Assembly (NCBI GenBank): GCA_963818475.1
Contig: CAWFSF010000006.1
Location: forward strand, 64,001-128,000
Source of the DNA: Nitrospirota bacterium
GTDB taxonomy: Bacteria; Nitrospirota; UBA9217
Direction: 5' to 3'
Length of the DNA stretch: 64,000 bases
Below are positions 1 to 9,458 of this stretch, piece by piece. The translations under genes were made by a program, and so were the position numbers. Position 1 is the stretch's first letter. Every line of letters starts with the position of its first letter. The notes under the pieces were generated by a model. The model was not told the origin of the DNA, did no database searches, and saw only the letters and a list, made by a program, of their open reading frames with translations.

Positions 1-613
1 GAAGCCGACCGCATTGGCGCTGAACATCATCGTTGCCCTGGTCACGACGATCCGGTTTGCCATGGCGGGCCATTTTTCCTGGCGGCTGTTCTGGCCTTTT
101 GCCCTGGCATCCGTTCCCATGGCTTTTCTCGGCGGCGGAATGCACGTAGACGCGACGATCTACAAAATATTGGTGGGCATTGCACTGGTGTTCGCGGCCG
201 GACATCTTATCATCAGGAGCAAAGTCGCCCCCGATGATGGCGGACGAGTATCGTACCCGGGAATCGGCCCGTCGCTGGCGGTAGGCGGTGGACTCGGATT
301 CCTTTCCGGCCTCACCGGGGTCGGCGGCGGCATCTTTCTGAGCCCGGTCCTGATCATTCTGCAATGGGCGGGACTTCGGAGAACGGCTGCAGTGGCTGCG
401 GCATTCATTTTGCTGAACTCGATCTCCGGGCTGGCAGGTTATCTTCAGAAAGGCGGCGCTTTCCCGGAGCATATCGCCTTCTGGTCCGTTGCCGTGCTTT
501 CCGGAGGGTTCATCGGTTCGACGCTGGGGGCAACGAAGTTCAACAGTCCGGTGTTGAGGGTATTGCTTGGTATTATGCTGGTTTTTGCCGGGTTGAAAAT
601 GGTCGTGATCTGA
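1..613 (+). CDS. Sulfite exporter TauE/SafE (TSUP) family membrane protein, 5'-truncated by window edge
   Basis: Hydrophobic ORF with GFLSGLTGVGGGIFLSP motif typical of TSUP transporters. Confidence 0.85.
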   Translation, partial: KPTALALNIIVALVTTIRFAMAGHFSWRLFWPFALASVPMAFLGGGMHVDATIYKILVGIALVFAAGHLIIRSKVAPDDGGRVSYPGIGPSLAVGGGLGFLSGLTGVGGGIFLSPVLIILQWAGLRRTAAVAAAFILLNSISGLAGYLQKGGAFPEHIAFWSVAVLSGGFIGSTLGATKFNSPVLRVLLGIMLVFAGLKMVVI

Positions 614-635
614 GATTGATGAGCGCAAGAGCTAT

Positions 636-771
636 CACACGGAGACACGGAGACACGAAGAGCGCTTCTGAGCGACACGGAGAACGGCAGAGAGCGTCAA
701 AAGCCTTAGCTTTGTTTTTTAAACAAAGATTAAAGCATTTGACTCTCTCCGTGCCTCCGTGTCTCCGTGGT
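636..771. repeat. Inverted nonamer-repeat palindromic element (CACGGAGA(C) arms / CTCCGTG arms)
   Basis: cacacggagacacggagacacgaag at 636-660 is mirrored by ctccgtgcctccgtgtctccgtggt at ~747-771. Confidence 0.8.
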
Positions 772-808
772 AAAAAAGGTTTAAAGATTGTTGAATAAAG
801 GTGATCCC

Positions 809-2251
809 ATGATAACGACGATCGACAAATTGACGGCAGACGGCTGCTCCACCGACGACAAGCACAAGGTCTGCCGCTCCCGCGGGGGAGAATCCTGCGC
901 CTTCGACGGCGCCATGATCGTGCTGCAGCCCATCGCCGACACGGCCCATATCGTCCACGGACCGATCGCCTGCTGCGGGAACACCTGGGAAGGCAGGGGA
1001 ACGCTTTCTTCCAAGGGTGAACTGCATACCATGGGGTTCACCACCGACATGAGCGAGATCGATATCATCTACGGGTCGGAAGAAAAGCTGCTTGAACGCC
1101 ATCAGGCGGACTTATCGAGGCGGTCAAACCGAAGGCGATCTTCGTGTACGCAACGTGCGTGAGCGGAATGACCGGAGAAGACATCGACGCCGTATGCAAA
1201 CGGGCTGAAGACGAACTGGACATCCGCGTGATCCCGGTGAACGCGCCGGGGTTCGTGGGGCCCAAGAACCTGGGGAACCGCATCGCCGGCGAGGTTCTGC
1301 TGGAGCACGTGATCGGAACGGGCGAGACGCCGGTCATGACGCACACCGATATCAATCTTATCGGCGAGTACAACATCGCCGGCGATCTCTGGTTCGTGGA
1401 GCCGCTGCTCGCCCGGTCCGGGATCCGGGTCCTTTCACGGATCACGGGCGACGCGACGTTCGAACAGATCACCTGGGCGCACCAGGCAAGACTGAACGTG
1501 GTCGTCTGCGGCAGGGCGCTTATCAACGTTGCCCGCGAGATGGAGCGGAAATACGGCATCCCCTATGTGGAAGTATCCTTCTTCGGCAGCACCGAGACAG
1601 CAAAGGCTTTGCGGGCCATTGCGGGGAGAACTTCAGGGTTCAGGGGCCGGGGGCCAGGGTCCGGGAGATGTCGACATAATCAAAAGTCGGTAGAAACGCT
1701 GATCAAGAGTGAAGAGAAGAAGCTCAAAGAAGCGCTTAAGCCGTATCATGCATCTGCGCGGGAAAAAAGCGGTGCTCTATACCGGCGGGGTCAAGAGCTG
1801 GTCCTTCATCTCCGCACTGCAGGACCTCGGCATCGAGGTCGTGGCGGTGGGCACCAAAAAGAGCACCATCGAGGATGAGGAAAAAATGAAGGCGATCCTC
1901 GGGCCTGACGCCCCGCTGGTGGAGGACGTGACGCCGAAGAACCTGCTCAAACTTCTGAAAGAACGGAACGCGGACATGCTGATCGCGGGAGGACGGAACC
2001 AGTATCTTGCGATCAAGGAAGGGTATCCCTTCGTGGATGTGAACCAGGAACGGCATACTGCCTATGCGGGATATGCGGGGCTCGTGAACCTGGCGGAGCA
2101 GATCAGCAACGGCCTTCGCTTCTACGCGAAGAAGTTCGAAGCAGGATTTCGGATTGCGGAGTTTCGGATTGCGGATTTAAACCAAAGGATCCAACTACGT
2201 AAAATCCGAAATCATCAATCCGAAATCCGCAATTACTTATTGATCCGTTGA
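809..2251 (+). CDS. nifE: Nitrogenase FeMo-cofactor scaffold NifE (frameshifted; probably N-terminal half of a NifEN fusion)
   Basis: ESCAFDGA, HIVHGPIAC, YATCVSG, GPKNLGNRIAGE, YTGGVKSWS and DVNQERH motifs spread over three frames (788, 1144 and 1709 ORFs). Confidence 0.92.
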
Positions 2252-3505
2252 AGCATTCTCCCTCGATCGGCGCTGCCATGGCGCTCCAGGGGATAGACAG
2301 GGCGCTGCCGATCATTCACGGAGCGCAGGGTTGCACATTCCTCGGCAAGGTGCTTCTGACCAAACACTTCCGCGAACCCATCGCCCTGGCTTCGAGCAAG
2401 CTCTTTGTCGAAGAAGTGGTCATGGGGAGCGAAGATAAATTGTCCGCCGTGATCGACGGGTTTATCGAAAAGAACGATCCTGCACTTGTCGGTGTGCTCA
2501 CCTCTGGCCTGTCGGAGGTGAAGGGGGATGATGTCAAGGCAGTGGTCAGGAGCCAGGAGTCAGGAGTCAGGAATAACGGCGCAAAGACCAAGTTCATCCA
2601 TATAGCGACACCGGATTATGACGGCGGGCTGGAGACCGGGTATGCGCGGGCGGTGGAAGCGATCGTTCAGATTGCGGAATCCCCCCTCACCCCGTCCTCT
2701 CCCCGAGGGGAGAGGGGTAATGAGAAGAAACAAATAAGCATCCTCGCGGGGTCGCATCTTACTCCGGCGGATTTTACGGAGATCAGGGAGATCGTCGCGG
2801 ACTTCGGCATGAGTGCGATCATTCTTCCGGACCTCTCCGCACTTGATGGGAGCAGACGGGATTTTTCACCGCTTGCAGCCGGAGGTACGCTCCTGGAAGA
2901 CGTGCGCCGGATGGGGCAGTCGGACCTGACGATTGCGCTCGGCATGAGCATGGAGCCGGCAGCAAGGTTGCTGCAGCAGAAGTTCGGGATCGGGTACCGG
3001 GTGTTCGAGAGTGTTGCAGGGCTTGCTGATTCGGATCGCTTGCTGGAGACCCTGTCGGCGCTCAGCGGAAAGCCTGTTCCAGCCAAGCAGGAGCGGCAGC
3101 GCAGGGTTCTGCAGGACGCCATGCGGGATGCGCACTTTTTCTTTGGAGGAAAGAAGATCTGTCTCGCACTGGAGCCCGACCTGGCGGCGCAGACCTCGAA
3201 GTGGCTCGATGAAATGGGGGCAGCGCCGGAACTGGCGGTCATCCCGACCCTTTCTCCGGCAGCCGATCATATCCGTGCACAGGACGTGCAGATCGGCGAT
3301 CTGTTCTCCATTGCGGGAGAACTTTGATCTTCTTATCGCAAGCTCCCATGGAGAGAGTGCGGCAAAGCGGCTCGGGGTCCCGCTGTATGAGATGGGATTC
3401 CCGGTATATAAGACCCTGGGATATACGTCGAAGGTCTTGATCGGTTATCGCGGGACGACGACGCTGATCAATGAGGTCGGCAGTCTGTTGATGAAACGAC
3501 ATTGA
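2248..3505 (+). CDS. nifN: Nitrogenase FeMo-cofactor scaffold NifN (frameshift near 3320; probably C-terminal half of a NifEN fusion)
   Basis: (I)DPLKHSPSIGAA, HGAQGCT, HFREPIAL, TPDYDGGLE; C-terminal GFPVY..GYRGT in the 3011 ORF. Confidence 0.9.
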
Positions 3506-3513
3506 AAGACTGC

Positions 3514-3609
3514 TCACCCTCCCCAACCCCTCCCATCGAGGGAGGGGCTACGGATAAGGGCATTTTAGTCCCCTCTCCCCTTGTGGGAGAGGGCGGAGGG
3601 TGAGGGGGC
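3514..3609. repeat. REP-like inverted pair (CCCTCACCC..CCTCTCCC..GGGAGAGGG family)
   Basis: Two hairpin units in inverted orientation between nifN and nifX; same family at 2681, 5472-5585, 6098 and 22897. Confidence 0.8.
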
Positions 3610-3622
3610 GAAGGAGATTACT

Positions 3623-4015
3623 ATGAAGGTCGCATTTGCAACGACGGACAATACGAATGTCGACGAGCATTTCGGCAGGGCGGGTTCGTTCGCTGTTTAC
3701 GATATGACCGAGGACGGATACCGGTTCGTGGAGATACGGAAGTTCGCTGACGGTATGGACAGGACGGTGATGGACTCCCGGGACACGGGCCCGCTCCATG
3801 AAAGCGCGGTCCAGAACAAGGTCGACCGTCTTGCGGACTGCAAGCTCATCTACCTTACGGAGATCGGCGGACCGTCGGCGGCGCGGCTGGTCAAAAAGGG
3901 CATCATGCCGATGAAGGTGAAGGAGCCGATGGCCATCGAGAGCGCGCTGAAACAGCTTGCCGAGACCATCAAAACATCGCCGCCGCCGTGGCTTAAAAAA
4001 GCGATGAACCGATGA
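3623..4015 (+). CDS. nifX: Nitrogen fixation protein NifX
   Basis: MKVAFATTD..VDEHFGRA..DCKLIY..IGGPSAARL; AAGGAG RBS. Confidence 0.92.
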   Translation: MKVAFATTDNTNVDEHFGRAGSFAVYDMTEDGYRFVEIRKFADGMDRTVMDSRDTGPLHESAVQNKVDRLADCKLIYLTEIGGPSAARLVKKGIMPMKVKEPMAIESALKQLAETIKTSPPPWLKKAMNR

Positions 4016-4081
4016 AGCATTGCGGATTTCGGATTGCGGATTTCGGATTTAAAATACACAGCAGCTTGAGGAGGAATAAAA

Positions 4082-4401
4082 ATGAAGATGATCAGAGCGT
4101 TCATCAGACCCGAGAAGGAACAGGAAGTGGTGTTGGCTTTGGAAGGCGCGGGGTTTCCGTCGCTTACCAAGGTGCCGGTATTCGGGAGGGGAAAACAGAA
4201 GGGCTTGACCGTCGGGCCGGTGCATTATGACGAGCTGCCGAAGGTGCTTATCATGACGGTCGTGGACGACAATGACCTCGACAAGGTCATGAAGGTGATA
4301 CAGGACAAGGCCCGGACGGGTTTCATCGGCGACGGCAAGATCTTCATCAGCCCGGTGGAGAGCCGCCTATACGGTCAGGACCGGAGAAGCGAGGCTTGTA
4401 G
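4082..4401 (+). CDS. nifI1: PII-family nitrogenase regulator NifI1 (frameshift near 3' end; expected end ..AYTVRTGE..)
   Basis: [36 protein letters not shown]; followed by a second PII gene. Confidence 0.85.
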
Positions 4402-4490
4402 TGGCATTGCGGATTTCGGATTGCGGATTGCGGATTGCGGAATAAGAACCGTTAAAAAAGGCCGCAGTAGAGCAATAATAAACATTGTTC

Positions 4491-4562
4491 GTCATTCCCG
4501 CGAAAGCGGGAATCCAGGGTCTATCTTAGCTTCACTGGATTCCGGGTCAAGCCCGGAATGAC
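4491..4562. repeat. REP-like pair GTCATTCCCGCGAAAGCGGGAATCCA / CTGGATTCCGGGTCAAGCCCGGAATGAC
   Basis: Two hairpins in inverted arrangement; the first has an ATTCCC-N8-GGGAAT (dRS3-like) core. Confidence 0.8.
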
Positions 4563-4580
4563 GGCTAGAAGGGGTACTAC

Positions 4581-4997
4581 ATGAAAGAGATCACCGCCAT
4601 CATACGCCGGGACAAGCTCCCGGAAACGAAAACAGCACTCGATAACCTCGGCTATCCGTCGCTCACGATCCAGAGCGTTGAAGGCCGGGGAAAGCAGCGG
4701 GGCGCCATGTGCGCTGAAATGGATTCTGAGATGCCGGACAGCTATTGCACAGCCGTGAAGCTGAAGCCCACGCCCTCCGCCTATGCATTGGACCATACCC
4801 TGCCGAAGGTCGCGCTCTTTGTCCCGAAACGGCAGCTCACGATCGTGGTGCCCGACGACGTGGTGACCACGGTCGTCAAAGCCATCATCAAGGTGAACCA
4901 GACCGGCAAGGCGGGCGACGGGAAGATCTTCGTATCACCCATCGAGGGCGCGCTGCGCGTGCGGACGGGGGAGAAGAACGGGGAAGCGATTTCTTAG
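4581..4997 (+). CDS. nifI2: PII-family nitrogenase regulator NifI2
   Basis: MKEITAIIR..GRGKQRG with long T-loop, VPKR, NQTGKAGDGKIFV, RVRTGE. Confidence 0.85.
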   Translation: MKEITAIIRRDKLPETKTALDNLGYPSLTIQSVEGRGKQRGAMCAEMDSEMPDSYCTAVKLKPTPSAYALDHTLPKVALFVPKRQLTIVVPDDVVTTVVKAIIKVNQTGKAGDGKIFVSPIEGALRVRTGEKNGEAIS

Positions 4998-5157
4998 AAG
5001 TGAGAAGAGTGAAGTGAGAAGAGTGAAGTGTGAAGAGTGAAGTGAGAAGAGTGAAGTGTGAAGAGTGAAGTGTAGAAGAGTGAAGTGTGAAGGGCGAAAG
5101 GGAAACGCTGTTTCAAACTTCAAACTTCCCGCTTCTTACTTCTCATTTCACCCTTCA
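4997..5157. repeat. Heptamer tandem repeats (GAAGTGA/GAAGAGT) with a partial inverted arm
   Basis: Run of gaagtga/gaagagt/gaagtgt units at 4997-5091 and cttcttacttctcatttcacccttc near 5132-5156. Confidence 0.8.
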
Positions 5158-5179
5158 AACTTTTTAAAACGGAGGCACC

Positions 5180-5596
5180 ATGTCCCCCATCATCGGACTT
5201 AACCGGGGCGGCAAGCCCTGGACACCGAAATTCATCGATGCGATCGAGATCGACAAGTGCATCGGCTGCGGCCGCTGTTACAAGGTCTGCGGTTTCGATG
5301 TGCTTGAATTGATCGAGAAGCCCTTCGAGGGCGAGGACGAATACGGCGACGACATGGGCAACAAGGTCATGTCCGTTGCGCGGCCCGAGAACTGCATCGG
5401 GTGCGAGGCCTGCGCGCGCACCTGCACCAAGAAGTGCCATGTGCATGTTTCGGATTTGGGAATGCGGAATGCCCCTCACCCTACCCTCTCCCGCAAGGGG
5501 CGAGGGAGTAAAAAAAATCCTTTCTCATGGGTTAGGACGCTTTGTCCCCTCTCCCCCTGTGGGAGAGGGCGGAGGGAGAGGGGGACAGTACCCTGA
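5180..5596 (+). CDS. fdxB: Nif-specific ferredoxin III (2x[4Fe-4S]) with repeat-derived C-terminal extension
   Basis: WTPKFI..CIGCGRCYKVC..CIGCEACARTCTKKC; GGAGG RBS. Confidence 0.85.
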   Translation: MSPIIGLNRGGKPWTPKFIDAIEIDKCIGCGRCYKVCGFDVLELIEKPFEGEDEYGDDMGNKVMSVARPENCIGCEACARTCTKKCHVHVSDLGMRNAPHPTLSRKGRGSKKNPFSWVRTLCPLSPCGRGRRERGTVP

Positions 5597-6055
5597 ATAC
5601 CACGAACATCACCATCCGTCACGCCCGGCCCGAGGACATCCCGCGCATGTGCGACCTCCTGGCCGAGCTCTTCTCCATCGAGTCCGACTTTGTCCCGGAC
5701 CGGGAAAAGCAGGTCCAGGGCCTCAGTGCGCTGATCGCCCATCCTCCGGGAAAAGTGCTGGTGCTCGTCGCGGTCATTGACGGGCTGGTCGTGGGCATGG
5801 CAACGGTGCAGACGCTCATTTCCACGGCGGAAGGCGGCCGGGTCGGTCTTGTCGAGGACGTGATCGTGGACCGGAAGTTTCGCTCGCAGGGGATCGGTAC
5901 GCTCCTGCTTGAAGGGATCATGACCTGGAGCAAGAGCGCGGGGCTTAAGACGGCTGCAGCTTCTTGCGGACCGCGATAATCAACCGGCGCTGGATTTCTA
6001 CTCTGCCCGGGGATTAATCCGCACGCGTCTCACCTGTCTCAGGAAAATGCTCTAA
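5593..6055 (+). CDS. GNAT family N-acetyltransferase (frameshift near 5950; start uncertain)
   Basis: VEDVIVDRKFRSQGIGTLLL acetyl-CoA motif; RLQLLADRDNQPALDFY in the shifted frame. Confidence 0.8.
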
Positions 6056-6213
6056 TACAAACGTATTTAGACTTGTTACTGCTTCGCTCTTTTATATCCT
6101 CTCCCCTCTGTGGGAGAGGGTAGGGTGAGGGGGATCCCTCCAAGGGACGTAACAGTTTTTAATTCGTTTGCATTAATAACGTGCAGAGGATTATCGTCAG
6201 GTTTCACCTTGTT

Positions 6214-6996
6214 CTACCCGACAAACTGCCAATAGAGTTGTTTCAGATACCTCGGAAAGTTTATCCCATGTTTAGCCTGCAGGTCGCGGGCTCCGCGGCG
6301 GTAATCGGGCAGGTTTCGGCAGGTTTCGGAGTTTTCGAACCCGAAAACGATCGCATTTTGGTATGATTCGGCGAGGAGGAGCTTCAGTACATTGCCATGA
6401 AAGGCTTCGCAAATCGTATTGTACCGCGCCGTGAAATCATACCCGGGACTGTTCCAGAGATTCATGACGAATACGCCGCCCTGGTTCAGGCGATTGCGGC
6501 AGGCGGAAAGAAAGTCCTTTTCCAGAAGGGAAGCGGCAGGGCCGGATTCATCGAAGGCATCGACAAGGATCATATCGTAGCTCCCGGGATGCGCCCGGTC
6601 CTTCATGAAGTCGCTCCCTGATGCATGAAATATCCTCAAATGCTTGTCCGACCGGGGAAGAAAGAAAAACTCCCGGGAAAGATCGATCACCTGTTGCCTG
6701 ATTTCGACGACATCGATGGCGCAATCGGGCAACGCCTTCAGCAGAAAGTGGACCTGCGAGCATCCACCGAGGCCGACCAGGAGGACCGTGCGGGGATCGC
6801 CGAAGAGCAGCGCGGCCATCATGGCTTCTGTGTAATCTTCCAGAAGAAGATCGGGTTGGTCGATCTGTATCGTGCTTTGCAGCATCCCGTTGCCGAAGTA
6901 GAGCGAGCGCATATTGCCTTCTTCTGCGACGACGAGTTCCCCATACTCATCCCGGTTGCGGCAGAGTAGGTTGCCATTTATTCTCTGGTCCGGCAT
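6214..6996 (-). CDS. Spermidine synthase-like SAM-dependent methyltransferase-fold protein
   Basis: VLLVGLGGCSQ, DVVEI, YDMILVDAFD and GGVFVMNLW motifs. Confidence 0.8.
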   Translation of the reverse strand: MPDQRINGNLLCRNRDEYGELVVAEEGNMRSLYFGNGMLQSTIQIDQPDLLLEDYTEAMMAALLFGDPRTVLLVGLGGCSQVHFLLKALPDCAIDVVEIRQQVIDLSREFFFLPRSDKHLRIFHASGSDFMKDRAHPGSYDMILVDAFDESGPAASLLEKDFLSACRNRLNQGGVFVMNLWNSPGYDFTARYNTICEAFHGNVLKLLLAESYQNAIVFGFENSETCRNLPDYRRGARDLQAKHGINFPRYLKQLYWQFVG

Positions 6997-7022
6997 TTGT
7001 TTTTTATGGCCTCGTCAAGATC

Positions 7023-7083
7023 CCATCACGACGCGGGTGACGCGCCGCCTTTCGGCGCGTCGCTGTGGACCGGCATGTTGGCT
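7023..7083 (-). other. attC site with degenerate R' (end of two-cassette array)
   Basis: Minus strand AGCCAAC ..CAGCGACGCGCC-GAAAGGC-GGCGCGTCA.. GTGATGG just downstream of the HEPN ORF; same family as the attC at 19274. Confidence 0.65.
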
Positions 7084-7096
7084 TTCAAAGATGTTT

Positions 7097-8539
7097 CTAT
7101 TTTATGAAATTTTTCTTCAAAAAATAATCATCTGGCAGAGGTCGATCTGGTATTGTCCTAAAAGGACGCTCAGAAAAATTTAATATCCGTAGTAATATTC
7201 TTTCAAACAAAATCCTCAACCGTTCTTTTTCCAGTATTATCTGTTGACTTTCTTTAAAATCGATTTTACCTTTATGAAAAAGCTCATTTCTGATCGGTAT
7301 AAAGTCAAACAGCTTGTCAGGCTCTAAATCGCCAGTGGTAAGATGCAAGTCTGATAGGAGAGATAAAAGAATAGATTTAAATGATGGATTGTAAAGGTCG
7401 GGAATCTTATCGCTTATGTTATTGATAATTCCGCTATCAATATCATTTTTATTTCCGAATGAATTAATTGTCTCATTTAATAGTGTACGGAGTTTCTTCT
7501 GCTGATTAGCGCTGAGTTTAAATCTCTCTCTATTGTTATCGAGATAAGAATCTTTAATCGCTTCAAGTGCCGTACATAATGACATGAAACTCGATTCAAA
7601 TGTTTCTCGTTCTATGGCAGATATGTACATCCAAATTGATTCATAAAGATTGTATTTATTCTTTATTGAAAGATAAACAGGAAACGATTTTTGAATAAAG
7701 AAATGCCAGTCCTGAAACCGCTCAAAAATAGTATCCCTATAATCGCTTTTATAGAGGACCCTTTTTTGTCCGTTTAAACATTCTCCGTGATAAACAATCT
7801 TATCGTCTTGTCCGTTTTGATTTGCACCGAAAACCAAATATTTATATTTATAGCAATTAATTCTCTTTTTGGACGAGAACGACAATAATGTTCTAAAATC
7901 TTCGATCAGATCAATTGCTCTTTTGATGTCCGCTTCGATATTTGTAGGCTTGTTGATTGTTACAATGAGCGTCTGTTCAATAAATTCGAACGAACCTTTT
8001 ATCGATTCAAGCTCATGTTCGATGTAATCAAAATTAAGATCTATCTCGATTTTCTGGCCATCTTCTTCATATAATTTCAAGATGCCGTCGCTATCTTTTC
8101 TATATCGGTTGCCATTCCAATGCGGTTCTAGCCAAATAGGGGGATAGAATATGTTGTGATAATTTATGTAGAAGTAGAAAATTACAGATTTAATCTCTTC
8201 GGCTTGTGGAATCGGATCATCAGCATTGTCTTCAAATATATTAGCTTCAAAGTAAAATTTTCTTACTTCTCCACCGTGATGGCCCTGAAGGCGGCATTTG
8301 GTAATTCTGTAACTGTTTGCATATTTTCTCTGGAATACTGGTTCGAGATTAAAGTAATAACTGAATATACTCTTGTCTTCTCTAAGGTTTTTTTCAGTCG
8401 CATCATCGCATATAAAATAACCTTTAATCGGCCCATGGGATAACAAGTCAATCTCAAGAAAGCATTTGACATTAGGTACGGTTTTGTCAGGCCAAATAGC
8501 ATTTCCCTGAAAATCTATTTTTCTTATTCTCATGTTCAT
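7097..8539 (-). CDS. ApeA-like HEPN domain protein (candidate anti-phage RNase), integron cassette
   Basis: AT-rich 480-aa ORF with LCTALEA and C-terminal RNELFH (Rx4H) HEPN motif; bounded by GTTAGCT..AGCCAAC. Confidence 0.7.
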   Translation of the reverse strand: MNMRIRKIDFQGNAIWPDKTVPNVKCFLEIDLLSHGPIKGYFICDDATEKNLREDKSIFSYYFNLEPVFQRKYANSYRITKCRLQGHHGGEVRKFYFEANIFEDNADDPIPQAEEIKSVIFYFYINYHNIFYPPIWLEPHWNGNRYRKDSDGILKLYEEDGQKIEIDLNFDYIEHELESIKGSFEFIEQTLIVTINKPTNIEADIKRAIDLIEDFRTLLSFSSKKRINCYKYKYLVFGANQNGQDDKIVYHGECLNGQKRVLYKSDYRDTIFERFQDWHFFIQKSFPVYLSIKNKYNLYESIWMYISAIERETFESSFMSLCTALEAIKDSYLDNNRERFKLSANQQKKLRTLLNETINSFGNKNDIDSGIINNISDKIPDLYNPSFKSILLSLLSDLHLTTGDLEPDKLFDFIPIRNELFHKGKIDFKESQQIILEKERLRILFERILLRILNFSERPFRTIPDRPLPDDYFLKKNFIK

Positions 8540-8564
8540 CGATCAACTCGAGTTTGCTTCTTTG

Positions 8565-8633
8565 AGCTAACGATAATTTGTGGGGCGCGAGCCGCATTGT
8601 GGCGAAGCGTCCCATACGAAATTTTTGTTATGC
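8565..8633 (-). other. attC site
   Basis: Minus strand GCATAAC..imperfect palindrome..GTTAGCT, 69 bp, between two co-oriented ORFs. Confidence 0.8.
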
Positions 8634-8654
8634 GGCTCAAGGATGTTGCAAGGT

Positions 8655-9017
8655 TCACTTGCACAACATGCTATCGAAATAGACTAGAAGCTGTGTTACA
8701 CCCTGATCACCCACAGATATCCATTCAAAGCTATTAAGAACGTAAGCGTTTCCGCCGTCTATTCGAACCCATTCGTCAATTCCTGCCGCCCCATTTTGCA
8801 AATCACCTTCAACGGTTAAACCAATTGGAGCGATGTACTTTCGTCCTGCGACTTGTAACTTGCAGCTGCCGTCTCGAACTGCCTCACTCGCCCGTGCCCG
8901 ATCATAAAACCTAGACATTGTTGAGTTGGGGAATTTTTCCATGAATTGACTAGGCGTCATTGACGTTGCACAACTGACGATCGCAAAAGCAAATATGCAC
9001 AGAAATATACGACTCAT
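8655..9017 (-). CDS. Hypothetical lipoprotein, integron cassette
   Basis: GGAGG RBS, MSRIFLCIFAFAIVSC lipobox; cassette ends GTTATGCGGC / GCCGCATAAC are complementary. Confidence 0.7.
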   Translation of the reverse strand: MSRIFLCIFAFAIVSCATSMTPSQFMEKFPNSTMSRFYDRARASEAVRDGSCKLQVAGRKYIAPIGLTVEGDLQNGAAGIDEWVRIDGGNAYVLNSFEWISVGDQGVTQLLVYFDSMLCK

Positions 9018-9399
9018 TTTAAGCCTTCCTCCCGGCTGCGACCCCAACACGTTACTGTAAGCGTGGATTTCCAACGCCCAAATTTTCTTGCCGCATAACC
9101 AGTGTTTATCTAGCCGCAGCTAAGTCGTAAAACACGGAATTTCGTATTTTACCAGCCTAGTAAAAACGATGCCCTAAGCAGTGCTTATATGTGCGGAACT
9201 TTATCATTGAATATATGCAAAGTCAACGATTGACGTTGCTATGTGCTCACTACCGAAAAGTTCTGGCTGGGTGTGGTGTTCTGCGCCTGAACGCGCCCTG
9301 ATCATCTAACCTGTCTGAAAAACATGCAATTGCTTTCGTTTCGAGCAGGGCTTTCTTTTTCCCTTCCTTTATCCTCCTTTAAAAACAACGATCACCCCG

Positions 9400-9415
9400 T
9401 GGCAATCATTTTGCT
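9400..9415 (+). promoter_or_regulatory. Sigma54 (-24/-12) promoter of nifB
   Basis: TGGCAATCATTTTGCT = GG-N10-GC, ~45 bp upstream of the nifB ATG. Confidence 0.8.
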
Positions 9416-9458
9416 ATAGCGTGAGTACGGGAAGATTGCCAGTCCCAGGGAGGAAACC

